A stretch of 64,000 bases of DNA from Chiloscyllium plagiosum. Taxonomy: Eukaryota. Within the stretch, counting starts at the first letter, position 1. Every line of letters starts with the position of its first letter. The position numbers were made by a program, and so were the translations under genes. Under the pieces are notes generated by a model. That model was not told where the DNA came from and did not search any database. It saw nothing but the letters and a program-made list of their open reading frames with translations. Shown here one piece after another: positions 1 through 13,435 of this stretch. The DNA lies in contig NC_057718.1 of assembly GCF_004010195.1 (NCBI RefSeq), forward strand, positions 77,878,318 to 77,942,317. Reading direction: 5' to 3'.

Positions 1-270
1 GGAAAGATATAAAAGAGACCTCAGGGGCAACTTTTTCACACAGAGGGTGGTACGTGTATGGAATGAGCTGCCAGAGAATGTGGTGGAGGCTGGTACAATT
101 GCAACATTTAAGAGGCATTTGGATGGGTATATGAATAGGAAAGGTTTGGAGGGATATGGGCCGGGTGCTGGCAGGTGGGACTAGATTGGGTTGGGATATC
201 TGATCTGGACGGGTTGGACCAAAGGGTCTGTTTCCATGCTGTACATCTCTATGACTCTATGACTCTATAA
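1..270 (+). mobile_element. 3' end of CR1-type LINE with (CTATGACT)n tail
   Basis: Encodes the ORF2 C-terminus (RDLRGNFFTQRVVRVWNELP), then a 3'UTR ending ctctatgactctatgactctat. The same end recurs at 7600, 13436, 25712 and 59277. Confidence 0.85.
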
Positions 271-2950
271 CAGTGGGGTAGAAACTGTTTTGAAATCAGC
301 TGGTGCATGTGTTCAGGCTTCTGTACCTTCTCCCTGATGGTAGAGGTTGTAGAAAAGCATTGGGATGGATCTATGAGAATGCTGGCAACCTTTCCTTGAC
401 AGCGGGCCTGGTAGATGGATTCTATAGATGGGAGGTTGGCCTTTGTGATTATCCAGGCCGAGTTCATTACTCTCTGCAACCGTCTCCGATCTTGAATGGT
501 TTAGTTGCCATGCCAGGTAGTGATACATCCAGACAGAATGCTCTCGATGGAGCACCTATAAAAGTTGGCAAAGGTATTCGCCTTCACGCCAAATTTTCTC
601 AGCTGCCTGACGAAGAAGAAACGTTGTTGGGCCTTTGTAACCAATGCATCCACATGAAGAGTCCAAGAAAGCTTGTTGCTGATGACCACTCCGAAAAGCT
701 TGACACTCTTCACTCATTCCACCTCTGTGCTGTTAATGTGTAGGGGGGCATGAGTAACATCTCACTGAAAGGCAATAATGAGTTCCTCGGTTTTGCTGGC
801 ATTGAAAGCCAGGTTGTTCTCAGTATATCATTTTTGCAGGTCTGCCACCTCCCATCTGTAGTCTCTTTTGTCACCATCTGATATTCGACCAACTATGGTG
901 GTGTCATCAGTGAACTTGTAAATGGCATTAGTCTGGTATTTGGCAAGACAGTCATAGGTATACAGTGAGTATAATAGGGAGCTGAATACACACCCCTCGG
1001 GGGCTCCAATGTTGAGTGTTAGCGAGGATGAAATATTGTCCCCAGTCTTCACTGATTGTGGCCTGTGGGTCAGGAAACTGAGGATCCAGTTGCAGAAAGT
1101 GGGGCTTAGTCCGAGATCACTAAATTTAGTAATCGGTCTCGTGGAGATAGTAGTGTTGAAGGCTGAATGAGTCAGTGAGTAAGATAATTACATAGCTGTT
1201 CAAGATGTTCTAAAGATGAGTGAAGGGCAAGTGATATGGCATCTGACATGGATCTGTTGGTCTGATAGGCAAATTAGAGTGGGTCAAGAGTCGTGGGGAG
1301 GCTAATGCCATGATTCTTTCATAGCACTTCATGACCACCGAGATTAGGGCCACTGGGCGATAGTCATTGAGACATGTGTATGAGCCTTCTTAGGCACAGG
1401 GATGGTGTTGGCCCTCTTGAAACAGACAGGGACAGTGGCCTGCTGCAGGGAGAGGTTGAAGATGTCCAAGAAGACCTCTGCCAGTTGATCTATGCATGCT
1501 CTGAGTGCAAGGCCTGGTACTCCGTCTGGTCCCATCGCTTTCCTTGGATTCCCACGAAGGAAAACTGATCTGACCTCTGATGCAGCGACTGTTGGAATAG
1601 GTTCATCAGGGCTTGTCAGAATAGGTGTTACCTCTCTGCTGAAATTTGACTCAAAGCAATCATAGAAGGCGTTGAGATGATCTGGGAGGGATGTGTCATC
1701 ATCTGCTATCTTGCACTGTCTCTTTTTAGAACCTGTGGTGTAATTCAGTCCTTGCCATAGTCACCAGGCGTCTGTCTGGGTCTCTAGTTTGGATCGGTAT
1801 TGGTCCTTGGCTGTCTTAATGGCTCTGCGAATATCATACTTGGATTCCTTATATTTGAGTGGGTCTCCTGGTCTGAAGGACTCACACCTGGTTTTTAGCA
1901 GGTTCTGTATGTACTGATTCATCCAGGATTTCCTGTTGGGGAACATCCGGAATTACTTCCTCAATATGCACTCCTCCACACACTTGCTGATAAAGTCTGT
2001 GACAGTGGTGGCGTACTTGTCCAACGTACCTGCGGCCTGTTTGAACATGGCCCAATCAGCCGATTCCAGACAGCACCGGAGTTGATCCTCTGCCTCCTCC
2101 GACCAGCACTGGAACTGTATCCATGAGGGGGTCACCTGCTTGAGCTTTTGCCTGTAAGCCCGGAGAAGAAACATGACATTGTGGTTGGAGTTCCCGAAAT
2201 GAGGGCGGAGGACAGAGCTGTAGGCATCCTTCACAGTGATGTAGCAATGATCTAAAATGTTCAGGCCCCATAGTGAGGCAAGTAATGTAATCGTGGTACT
2301 TGGGTAACACCTTCCTTAGATTGGCTTGATTGAAGTCGCCAGTTACAATAAACAGGGTCTCGGAGTGTTCCATCTCCAGGGTGTAAGTGGTGGAGTACAG
2401 CACATCTAGAGCTTCCTCAACCTTTGCTTGTGGCGATATGTACACAGCAGTTAGTATAGCAGCGGTAAATTCCCGAGGTAGATAAAAGGGGTGGCATTTG
2501 ATGGTGAGGAATTCAAGGTTTAGGGAGTAATGGCTGACCAGGGTTGTAATGTCCATGCACTGCAAGTTGTTGATTTAAAAGCATCCCCTCCACCCTTTGT
2601 TTTACCCGAGCATGTTGTACAGTCCATACGAACGATAGAAAAACCATCAGCCTGAATTGCGCAGTCAGAAATGGATGGTTTGAACAAGGTTTCTATGAAG
2701 CAGAGTGTGCAACAGTCCCACAGTTCATGCTGGAAGCTGAGCCATGATCTGAGTTTGTCCATCTTGTTCTCCATAGATTGTACATTTGCGAGGACTAAGC
2801 TAGGAAGGGGGGTCTTGAAACCCGGAAATCTCAGTCTTACTAGCAGGCCAGCATGCTTACCCTGCTTCCTTGCAGGTTTCTTATGTTTGAGTGGTCAGGT
2901 GGTCTGGTGGAGTGGATTGCAACTGCTTCTAGCTAAATGATCCCTTCTTA
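271..2950 (-). mobile_element. Decayed Rex1/Babar-clade LINE (APE endonuclease + RT)
   Basis: Collinear minus-strand fragments LEFLTIKCHPFYLPREF..TAVYI, GDFNQANL, GPDGVPGLALRACIDQLAEVFLDIFNLSLQQATVPVCFK, GAPEGCVFSSLLYSLYTYDC..KFTDDTTIVG and KAQQRFFFVRQLRKF are typical of Rex1/Babar ORFs. Many frameshifts. Confidence 0.85.
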
Positions 2951-5245
2951 GGCCCTGTAGAGTAGATAGAATACATACAGAAAAATTAGTTGGGTGGAAC
3001 TGAGAAATAATAAAGGGATGATCACCTTAACGGGATTGAATTCTCAACCCTCTATTACTCAGCGGAAAGTTGAGAAACAAATTTGTAAGGAGATTTCAAT
3101 TATCCGTAAGAATAATAGGATGGTTATGGTAGGTGATTTTAACTTTCCAAACATAGACTGAGACTGCCATAGTGTTAAGGGTTTAGATGGAGCGGAATTT
3201 GATAATGTGTACAAGAACATTTTCTGATTCAGTATGTGGATGTACCTACTAAAGAAAGTGCAAAACTTGACCTACTCTTGGGAAATAAGGCAGGGCAGGT
3301 GACTAAGGTATCAGTGGGGGAACACTTTGGAGCAAACAACCATAATTCTATTAGTTTTAAAATAGTGATGGAAAAGGATAGGCTGGATCTAAAAATTGAA
3401 GTTCTAAATTGGAGGAAGGCTCATTTTGATGGTATTAGGCAAGAACTTTCAAAAGCTGATCGGGGACACATCTTCACAGGTAAAAGGATGGCTGGAAAAT
3501 GGGAAGCCTTCAAAAATGAGATAACTAGAGTCCAAAAACAGTCTGTTCCTTTTAGGGTAAAAGGCAAGTTTGGTAGATGCAGGGAATGCTGGATGACTCG
3601 AGAAATTGAGGTTTTGGTCAAGAAAAAGGAAGTATATGTCAAGTATAGACAGCAGAGATCAAATGAATCCTTATGAGTGTAAAGGCTGTAGGACTATAGT
3701 TAAGAAGAAAATCAGGAAGGCAAAAAGGGGACATGAGATCACTTTGACAAACAGGGTTAAAGAGAATCCAAAGGGATTTTATACTTACTTTAAGGGCGAA
3801 AGGGTAACTCGGGAGAGAATAGAGCCCTTCAAAGATCAGCAAGACAGCCTACAAGTAGAACCGTAGGAGATGAGGGAGATACTAAATGGGTATTTTACAT
3901 CAGTTTTTCCTGTGGAGAAAGACATGGGAGATATAGAATATGGGAAAATAGATGGTGACATCTTGAAAAATGTCAATATTATAGAGGTGGTGGTGCTGGA
4001 TGTCTTGAAATGCATAAAAGTGGATAAATTCCCAGGATTAAAGGGTAACTAGGGAGAGAATAGGGCTCTTCAAAGTTCAGCAAGGCAGCCTTTGTGTGGA
4101 GCTTCAGGAGATGGGGGAGATACTAAACGAGTGTTTTGCATCAGTATTTAATGTGGAAAAGGACATGGAAGATATAGAATGTAGGGAAATAGATGGTGCC
4201 ATCTTGAAAAATGTCCATATTACAGAGGAAGAAGTGCTGGATGTCTTGAAATGCATAAAAGTGGATAAGTCCCCAGTACCCTAGAACTCTGTGGGAAGCT
4301 AGGGAAGTGATAGCCGGGCCTCTTGCTGAGATATTTGTATCATTGATAGTCACAGGCGAGGTACTGGAAGACTGGAGGTTGGCTAACATGGTGCCATTGT
4401 TTTAGAAAGGTGATAAGGACAAGCCAGGGAACTATAAACCGGTGAGCCCGACATCGGTGGTGGGCAAGTTGTTGGAGGGAATCCTGAGGGACAGGATGTA
4501 CAAGTATTGGAAAGGCAAGGACTGATTAGGGATAATCAACATGGCTTTGGGCGTGGAAAATCATGTCTCACAAACTTGATTACGTTTTTTGAAGAAGTAG
4601 CAAAGAGGATTGATGAGAGCAGAGCAGTAAATGTGATCTATATGGACCTCAGTAAGGCGTTCGACAAGGTTCCACATGGGAGACTGGTTAGCAAGGTTAG
4701 AATACAGGGATATCTAGCCATTTGGATACAGAACTGGCTCGAAGGTAGAAGACAGAGGGTGGTGGTGGAGGGTTGTTTTTCAGACTGGAGGCCTGTGATC
4801 AGTGGAGTGCCACAAGGATCCGTGCTGGGTCCACAACTTTTCAAAATTTATATAAATGATTTGGATGTGAGCATAAGAGTTACTAAGTTTGCAGATGACA
4901 CCAAACTTGCACGTGTAGTGGACAGTGAAGAAGGTTAACTCAGATTACAACGGGATCTTAATCAGATGGGTCAATGGGTGGAGCAATGACAGATGGAGTT
5001 TAGTTTAGGTAAATGCGAGGTGCTGCATTTTGGGAAAGCAACTCCTAGCAGGACTTACACATTTAATGGTAAGGTCCTAGGGAGTGTTGCTGAACAAAGA
5101 GACCTTGGAGTGCAGGTTCATAGCTCCTTGAAAGTCGCAGGTAGATAGGACAGTAAAGAATGCGTTTGGTATGCTTTCCTTTATCAGTCAGAATATTGAG
5201 TACAGGAGTTGGGAGGTCATGTTACGGCTGTACAGGACATTGGTT
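2951..5245 (+). mobile_element. Decayed CR1 LINE ORF2 (APE to RT) with internal ~241-bp tandem duplication
   Basis: [44 protein letters not shown] and KFADDTK motifs. The segment starting aagggtaact occurs at both 3800 and 4041. Confidence 0.9.
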
Positions 5246-7599
5246 CCAGGATTTGGAGTTCATAAGTGAAAATCGCCCTTGCCTCCTCAAGATCTACTGG
5301 ACTCTGCCAGACGTAGGCTAGGAATCCCGAGTAGAACTTAGATTCTTCTTAAAGCGCTGTTATTTTTTTAATCTTCCTCAGCCTTAGTGTCTTTACACTG
5401 TTACTCCTGTTTCCTTTTTCACCTCGCATCTACCCATTCACACTCAGCTTCTAACATCTCCTAACTTTTGGGAGTTCCAATTGCTATACATGTCTCTATC
5501 CCCCATTACATGCATTATTCCTCTGACTGGACAGTAAGGTATCTTTCCATTCTTTAATTAATAACTTATACTTTTCTCACAAGTCTTCTTTCAAATTAGG
5601 TTTACTGCCTGTTCACAAGAGGCCACATCCCAGGTCCTTAGTTTCTTGACCTATACAGAGGGTACAGAATCAAGACCTAAATCTCATATAAATAGTAAAA
5701 TAAAATGTTTCAATAATACTAAAAGTCATTAATAACATTTCTAGCACATCCGATTTAAATTTCATATGTTTTAAAAAATAAGTTGGTTAACTACTGTTCT
5801 GTCCCAAAATTGTCAATGTGCCCACTGCATCTGCCAGTTGGCTGCTGATCTGTTTGTTCATGCCTAATGTTGCAATTTCCCCAAGATTGACCTTTCTTTT
5901 GCAACTTTAGCTTTCAATTCTTTAAATATTATTTTTTGCCCTGTCAGTAATACGTTCAATTCGAACATCCAAGAAAATTCATGCCTCCATACTATCCAGA
6001 AATGGCTAAGAATTACTGAAAAAAACCTCCAACAATTAGATTTTTCAGACTCTTAAGCAAGCTCATCATATAACACAAAATCAAAATGGTTACAGCACAG
6101 AAAGCTATTCAACCTATTGTTTCAGTGCCAGTTCTTTGCATGAGGAACATAGCAAGTTCCACTGTCCCTTAATGTTTCTTCTCTTGTTTTGCTTCCTACG
6201 CTTTCCCTCATATAACTTTTACTTCTATTGCCAATTGCATGTACAATGCACAATTTGTTTTAAGGGATGGTCCAGGTGAAAATTAATCATTACAGCCATG
6301 CTTCAAATTAACTATGAGGCAATGTCACAGATCACTGACAATGTATAAAGGTATTAAAAACCAACTGAACTTGCCAATTAATTATGATTTTGTAATCCAA
6401 GCTAGTAAATATGGTTTAAAATATATTGACTAATATAACCATATTCTCTAATTGAGAGATGGAAACTGAACAAGTGGCTGAGACACTTCACTGTTAATTA
6501 GAAATCCATTTTATACCACATCCACAATTTCCTTTTCTACTGCCTTCAAAGAAAAATTAAATGCAATTTAAAGCATTCAAAATGGTAGTAGGTCTGATTT
6601 ACACTACTGGCACTCCAATTTAACCCCCATTAATTCCACACATTTTAAAAACCACCAAAACCAGAAATACAAAATAATATGGAAATGAATATTTTCATGT
6701 CAGTGAGCACAAACATGCTAAATTATAAACTTAGAGATAATTGATTTATCATGCCTGTTCTTACATTAGAAAACATGACAAACTCAAAACTGAATCAAGT
6801 GTCATTTACAGCATAAATATTATCTCCAATTAATCAAGTGACTAAACAAATTATGATTAGAAATATTATGTCAATCTGTCCATTCCAGTAATTCTATTGT
6901 ACCAACAAAATGGAAATGACTGCTTCTTTGGCTACCATAATCATCTTCATTAAATATTCTGAGTAAATGTTATATTCGTATGTGAACCCATCTGAAAGGG
7001 TCAAGAAGTAATAACTCTCCAAGACTATGTATGCTGGTTGAAAGTCCTACATCTTAATCCCACAGCAGCAGACTACATTTTCTTTCCAGGGAAGGGAGAG
7101 TTTATTTTTTTAATAGCTTAGAGAGATTTTTATTATGCTAGCATCACTGATTATAGATCTACAATAGCACTTACAAGGGCAGGTGTCCCTGCATCGCCTT
7201 CAAAGCCCAAAAATCGGTCAATATCACCCCCACATCTTCATCAGTTTTTCAGATTTTAGAAAAGTTTACCAAAATTTAGTAAAACAGGATTGCATTTCAA
7301 AAATTCCAATTTTCAAATTTACAATGAGAAAATTGTATCATCCGGAATTAAAGATTAGCTTACCCATTAAAACAGTATTTGGAAATACATGATGATTTTA
7401 AAATGTATTCTGTGCCTGTATCAGTTTGGGTCATGCATGGTTAATGTTATATCCTTTTGAGATATTATCAGTACATGCGTAAATCAAAATCTGCCTGGAA
7501 ATGTTGATTTTAAAAATTGGGTTGTAAAAATTGGTATGAAATATCTCTTGGAATTTCATTTTCTGGCCAGAGTTTGTTTCTTTTGGGTTTTTTTTGAAC

Positions 7600-7878
7600 T
7601 AGAAAGCATAGGTTTAGGGTGAGAGGAGAAAAATTTAAAAGCAACGTTTTCACATAGAAGATGGTGCATGTATGGAATGAGCTGCCAGAGGAAGTGGAGG
7701 AGGCTGGTACAATTACAGCATTTAAATGGAATCTGGATGAGTATATGAATTGGAAGGATTTAAAGTGATGTGGGCCAAGTGCTGCCAAATGGGATTAGAT
7801 TAGGTTAGGGTATCTGGTCAGCATGGACGAGTTGTACCGAAGGGTCTGTTTCTGTGCTGTACATCTCTATGACTCTAT
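7600..7878 (+). mobile_element. CR1 3' end fragment
   Basis: Matches the 1-270 3'UTR and ends ctctatgactctat. Confidence 0.8.
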
Positions 7879-7879
7879 T

Positions 7880-9110
7880 TACTGTGTACTTTTCTCCTGC
7901 ATTTGACTTCAAAAAATGCATCATCTCATACCTGTCCAGAGTGAAACTCCATCTGCCATTTCTCCATTCAACTTTCCAACTGATCTATATCCAACTGTAG
8001 TCTTTGACAACCCTCTTTACTATCCATTATTGCATCGATTTTTATGTCATCTGCATACTTTCTAATTAGGCCACCAAAACAACAGGTCACAGATCTCCAG
8101 TCAGAAAAACACCCCTCCAAACTACCTTTTGTCATCTATGGCCAATCCAATTTTGTATCCAACTTGCCAACTCATCATAGATTCAATGAGATTTATCCTC
8201 TGGACCATGACGGACCTTGTCAAATGTTTCAATAAATTCAATGTAGACAACATCCTCTGCCCCTCCTCGTCAATCATCTTTGTCATTTCCTCAAAAAACT
8301 CACTAAGTTTGTGAGACAAGACCTCCACTGCATAAAGCCATGCTGACTACCCCTAATAAGTCCATTCTTCTCCAAATGCAAGTAAATCACATGCCTAAGA
8401 ATCTTCTCCAATAATTTCCCTACCATATATGAAGGCTCACTGGATAATCCCTGTTTTCCTTCTCAAATAAAGGAACAGCATTGGCTATTCTCCAGTCTTC
8501 TGGGGCCTTGCCCATGGCTAAAGAGGATATAAAGATCTCACTCAAGGCCCCAGAAAACACCTCTCTTGCCTTTTTCAGTAAGCTGGGATAGATCTCATCA
8601 GGCCTTCAGGGCTTATCAACCTTAATACTTTTCAAGACACCAACACCTCCTCCTTTTTAATGTTGGTATGCCTTAGAGTATCAACAAACCTCTCTCTAAA
8701 CTTGCCATCATCCATTTCTTTCTCCTAGGTGAATATCAATGCAAAGTACTCATTAAGAATCTCACCCACTTCCTCTGGCTCCATACAAATTCCCTCCTTT
8801 ATCCTTGAGTGGAGCTTTCTCTCATTAGCTTCTTGCTCCTAATATTTGCTTTTTAACTAAACATTCAACATCTCTCCAAGGTTCCTGAATCTTTCCATCC
8901 TTACAGGAACATGCTGGTCCTGAACTCTTGTCAACTGACTTTAAAAAGACTCCCATATGTCAGATGTAGATTTATCTTCAAACAGCTGCCCAATCCAATT
9001 TTTCCAGTTTCTGCCTCACACTTTTATAACTGGCCTTTCCCCAATTTAGCACTTTGACCTGAGGACCAGTCTTACCCTTTTCCATAACGATCTTAAAACT
9101 TATGGAATTA
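7880..9110 (-). mobile_element. Old degenerate CR1 ORF2 fragment
   Basis: Residual RT motifs on the minus strand (EFFEEMTKMIDE; KFADD-like gtcatctgcatactt). Confidence 0.7.
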
Positions 9111-9113
9111 TAC

Positions 9114-9452
9114 AGTCATAGAATCCCTACAGTGTGGAAGCAGGCCGTTCAGACCATAGAGCAAACACTGACCCTGTGAGGATCATTCAAACCAGACCCC
9201 CAACCCTCATTCCTGTAACCTTGCAGTTCGCATGGTTATTCCACCTAGCCCGCACATCCCTGGATACCACGAGGAATTTAGCATGGCCAATCCATCTAAC
9301 CTGCACATCTTTGAACAATGGGAGGAAACCAGAGCACCCGGAACGGAACTCAGGGAGGATGTGCAAACTCTACACAGACAGTTGCCTGAGGGTGAAATGG
9401 AACCCAGGTCCCTGGTGCTGTGAGGCAGTGCTAACACTGAGCCACTATGCAC
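9114..9452 (-). mobile_element. HE1-like tRNA-derived SINE (V-SINE type)
   Basis: Minus strand has a tRNA-like head (gtggctcagtg..agcactgcctcacagc..gggttc), the central gagtttgcacat core and a CR1-like 3' tail. Homologous to the copies at 28107 and 36435. Confidence 0.8.
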
Positions 9453-9459
9453 ACTATAG

Positions 9460-9837
9460 GTTCATGGTCATCATTAGACTCTTAGTTCCAGATTTTTGTT
9501 GAATTAAAATTCCAGCATCTGCCATAGCAAGACTTGAACCTAGGTCGCCAGAACATTACCTGGGTCTCTGGTTTAATAGTCGAGAGTGTGGTGCTGGAAA
9601 AGCACAGCAGGTCAGGCAGCATCCAAGGAGCAGAAGACACGATGTTTCGGGCATAAGTTCTTCATCAGGAATGCCCTTTCCTAATGAAAGGCTTATGACC
9701 GAAACACCGATTCTCCTGCTCCTCGGATGCTGCCTGACCTGCTGTGCTTTTCCAGCACCACACTCTCTACTCTGATCTCCAGCATATTCAGTCCTCACTT
9801 TCTCCTCTTTGTTTTAAAAGTCTAGCAATATTACCAC
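9460..9837 (-). mobile_element. 5' part of a second tRNA-derived SINE family (SacSINE1/Deu-like), interrupted by a palindrome
   Basis: Aligns to the longer copy at 49505-50020 (catctgccat..ttgaacc..ccagaacattacctgggtctctgg..taatagtctag). Family name is from recall. Confidence 0.55.
9582..9806. mobile_element. Hammerhead-centred fold-back palindrome (PLE terminus derived), copy 1
   Basis: Arms gtgctggaaaagcacagcaggtcaggcagcatcc / ggatgctgcctgacctgctgtgcttttccagcac. Minus strand has CTGATGA..GAAAC at the centre. Degenerate 16-bp TSD at 9566-9581 / 9807-9822. Confidence 0.8.
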
Positions 9838-10275
9838 CTGGTCAGGCTCATTTCCCAATACAAGATCAAATACAGCCACTTCTCTATTTGGAGTATCAAC
9901 ATATTTTTGAATAATCCCTCCTGGATGCACCGAACAACTTCTGTCCCATTTATGCCCCTAGCACTAAGAGAATCCCAGTGAATATTGGAGAAATTAAAAT
10001 CACCAACTTTCACAACCCTTTATTTTTAAATCTTTCCACGATCTGCTAATATATCTCTTTCCTCTAATTGCCACTGGCTATTGAGAGGCCTATAATATAC
10101 TCCCATCATAGCAAATGTAGCTTTCTCATTCCTAAATTCTACCCAAATTGCCTCACTGATGACTTCTCCAAAATGTCCTCTCTTAGTACAGGTGTGACAT
10201 TCTCCTTAATTAGTAATGCAATTTCCTAACCCCTTCTACACCCTTTATATCATGCCTGAAACATCTTAACCCTAA
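9838..10275 (-). mobile_element. CR1 APE-domain fragment
   Basis: VGDFNFSNIHWDS motif on the minus strand. Confidence 0.65.
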
Positions 10276-11392
10276 CCTGGTAGGCTATTGCACAAAATTC
10301 GGAGGCATGGGATTGAGGGTGTTTTAGTGGTTTGGATCAGAAATTGGCTAGCCGAAAGAAGACAGAGGGTAGTGGTTGATGGGAAATGTTCATCCTGGAG
10401 TTCAGTTACTAGTGGTGTACCACAAGGATCTGTTTTGGGACCACTTCTGTTTGACATTTTTAAAAATGACCGAGATGAGGGCATAGAAGGATGGGTTAGT
10501 AAATTTGCGGATGACGCTAATGTAGATGGAGCTGTGAATAGTGCAGAAGGATGTTGCAGGTTACAGAGGGACATAGATAGGCTGCAGGGCTGGGTTGACA
10601 GGTTGCAAATGGAGTCTAATGCAGAAAAGTGTGAGGTGATTCACTCTGGAATGAGCAACAGGAATAAAGAATACTAGGCTAATGGTAAGATTTGTGATAG
10701 TGAAGATGAGCAGAAAGATCTCAGTATCAATCTACATAGATCCCTGAAAGTTGCCAACCAGGTTGATAGTGTCGTTAAGAAGGCATACGATGTGTTAGCT
10801 TTTATTGGTGGAGGAATTGAGTTTCGGAGTCATGAGGTCATGCTGCAGCTGTACAAAACTCTAGTGTGGTCGCACTTGGAATATTGCGCACAGTTCTGGT
10901 CACCGCATTATAGGAAGGATGTGGAAGCTTTAGAAAGGGTTCAGAAGAGATTCACTAGGATGTTGCCTGGTAGGGAGGGGAGGCCTTATGAAGAAAAGCT
11001 GAGGAACTTGAGGCTGTTTTCGTTAGAGAGAAGGTTGAGAGGTGACTTAATTGAGACATATAAGATAATCAAATGGTTAGATAGGGTAGACAGTAAGAAC
11101 CTTTTTCCTCAGATGTGATGACTAGCATGAGGGGACATAGCTTTAAATTGAGGGATGATAGATATAGGACAGATGTCCGAGGTAGTTTCTTTACTTTAGT
11201 AGGGGCGTGGAACGCACTGTCTGCAACAGTAGTAGACTCGCCAACTTTAAGGGCATTTAAATGGTCATTGGGTAAACATGTGGATGAAAATGAAATAGTG
11301 TAGGATAGATAGGCTTCAGATTGGTTCCACATGTTGGTGCAACATTGGGGGCCAAATGGCCTGTACTCCGCTGCAATGTTCTATGTTCTATA
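10276..11392 (+). mobile_element. 5'-truncated CR1 LINE (RT to 3' end)
   Basis: [31 protein letters not shown] and LEYCAQFWSP; tail tgttctatgttcta. Confidence 0.9.
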
Positions 11393-12669
11393 AAGCTGTA
11401 CGCTATACTCCAGATGTGGTACAACTATAGCAAGACTCATTTGTTCTTGTACTTCAATCCCATTTTGTCTCATATGCTCATGTGGTTGACACTGACACTC
11501 AAGGAACCATCACCATCCTCATAACCCTTATAACTTTATTTGTGTCCATGGCACCTGGCTCTCTCACTCCAACCCCACTTTGCTCACCGCTCTACTCAAT
11601 GTCCTTTGTGTCCTGCTCTTGTGCTTCACTTTGCGTTCCCACACTCAATTCACTTGGTGTGCCCCTTCCTTACTTGGTGACCCATGTATTACCTCCTGGT
11701 CTCTTTACTCCTGCTCAGACTCCCACTCTCCACCTTACTCTTGAGGACTGTGAATTGAGAGACAGGAACGGGAGAGAGATGGTGAGAGGTTAGGTGCAGG
11801 TGCACAAGTGTTTGGAGTGGGGCAGTGAACAAAGTGCGATCCCAGGGTTTGAATATTTTTAAAAAACATTTAATATTCATATTATTGCATCTCTTCTTTG
11901 ATGCAAGCACCTTACTGTAGCATCACTGGCATGATGTCACATGTGCTGTGACTGTGTGGAAAGTGAGTACACACCCTGCAGTTGCACTGGCATAGATATA
12001 CACTAAGACTGCATTTTTGTGTCCTCTTCACAGTTTACATGACCAACTTTATGTCATCAGCAAAGCTAAGATACATTATTCTTGGTTTCTTTGTTAAATG
12101 TATTCACATAAATTGTAAATAATGGGGTACCCAGCACTAATTCCTACAACAATACGTTCATTACAGCATAGGCTGACTTGAAAATATCCTACTGGTGCCT
12201 TTTCTCAGTATTCTGTTACAAATCCTCTATTCATGCTAATATTTTATTTCCAATTCTACAAGCCCTTATCTTGCATTTTAACCTTTTGTGTGGCACCTGA
12301 TCAAATTACTTTTGGAAATCTATGCATATAATATCGACTCAAAGCCCAAATAACTGCGGATACTGGAAATCTGAAACTTAAACAGAAATTGCTAGAGAAA
12401 TACAGGTCTGGCAGTATCTGTGGAGAGAAAGCAGAATTAACGTTTTGATACCTTCTTCAGATCAATCTGAGTGACTTGCTCACAGGCTCCACAAATCACT
12501 GGTTTGAGTCTTCCACATTAATACATCTACTAGCAGCAAATGCAGGGGAAAACCAGTCTATCGTTGGAGGAGCACAAGACACAAAGAATCTCCAATGACA
12601 GCAGCAGCTCCTCACCAAATCTGTCTCTCTCACATAGAGGGTGACCTTGTTCTGATTATTATTTGCAGG

Positions 12670-12900
12670 AGCAGGTGTTGGACTGGGGTGGACAAAGTTA
12701 AAAATCACACAACACCAGATTATAGTCCAACAGGTTTATTTTGTATTGTGTCATTGTCTCACTGTAATCTTTTGCTATAAATTCTGTGTCCTATGGTCCT
12801 GCTTCACAACCACCTGATGAAGAAGCAGCGCTTCAAAAGCTAGTGCTTCCAAATAAACCTGTTGGACTATAACCTGGTGTTGTGTGATTTTTAACTTTGT
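12670..12900. mobile_element. Short inverted-repeat element from a second PLE family, with a degenerate hammerhead
   Basis: ~50-bp inverted repeats at 12692-12741 and 12851-12900. ctgatgaagaagcagcgcttcaaaagct at ~12814. The same terminus occurs on the PLE at 32410-34410 and at ~53110. Confidence 0.7.
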
Positions 12901-13435
12901 TCTGATTAGGCAGTGCTACCCAACCCTCAATGGCACAGGTAATTTAGCACAATGCTGTCCATCCACTACCAAGGTCTGTTTACATCAGCACTGGAACCTT
13001 ATTTGTAACAGCTGCCTCTCAAACTCGGAAATCCTGAGCTGGAATTCAAGCATCTGAAAACATTTCCTTTCTATGATGTGCTTAAGATATATACAGTGTA
13101 CTTGAGTTCCCACATGCTACAGGAATTGCAAACAACAGGTCTCAGCTGCTCATCCATAATCAAAAAATATTCTATACTTTCTTTAGAATTTAGTTAGCAA
13201 TCTGACAAAAAAATTTATTTCATTTTTATGCCTGTCTTCCTGTCTGTGAACATCCTTACTTTTAACACATTTAGTGTTATACCAACCCTGATGATACTTT
13301 TTTTTAAAGCGGATGTTAGAAATCTGAAATGAAAACAGAAATGTTCGAAATATTCTGGCCTGGCAGCATCAGTTGAGGGAAAAGCAGTTAATGTAAATAT
13401 TAAATTTGTTTCTCTTCCCATAGACACTGTCACAC

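Noticed and set aside
303..743. Plus-strand 146-aa ORF and similar ORFs opposite RT fragments
   Set aside because: Antisense shadows of LINE coding sequence.
5247..5275. cag|GATTTGGAGTTC reads as a splice acceptor plus DLEF, the start expected for AFDN exon 2
   Set aside because: It continues ISENR rather than HGVMRFYFQD, lies upstream of exon 1 and sits at a CR1 junction. Coincidence.
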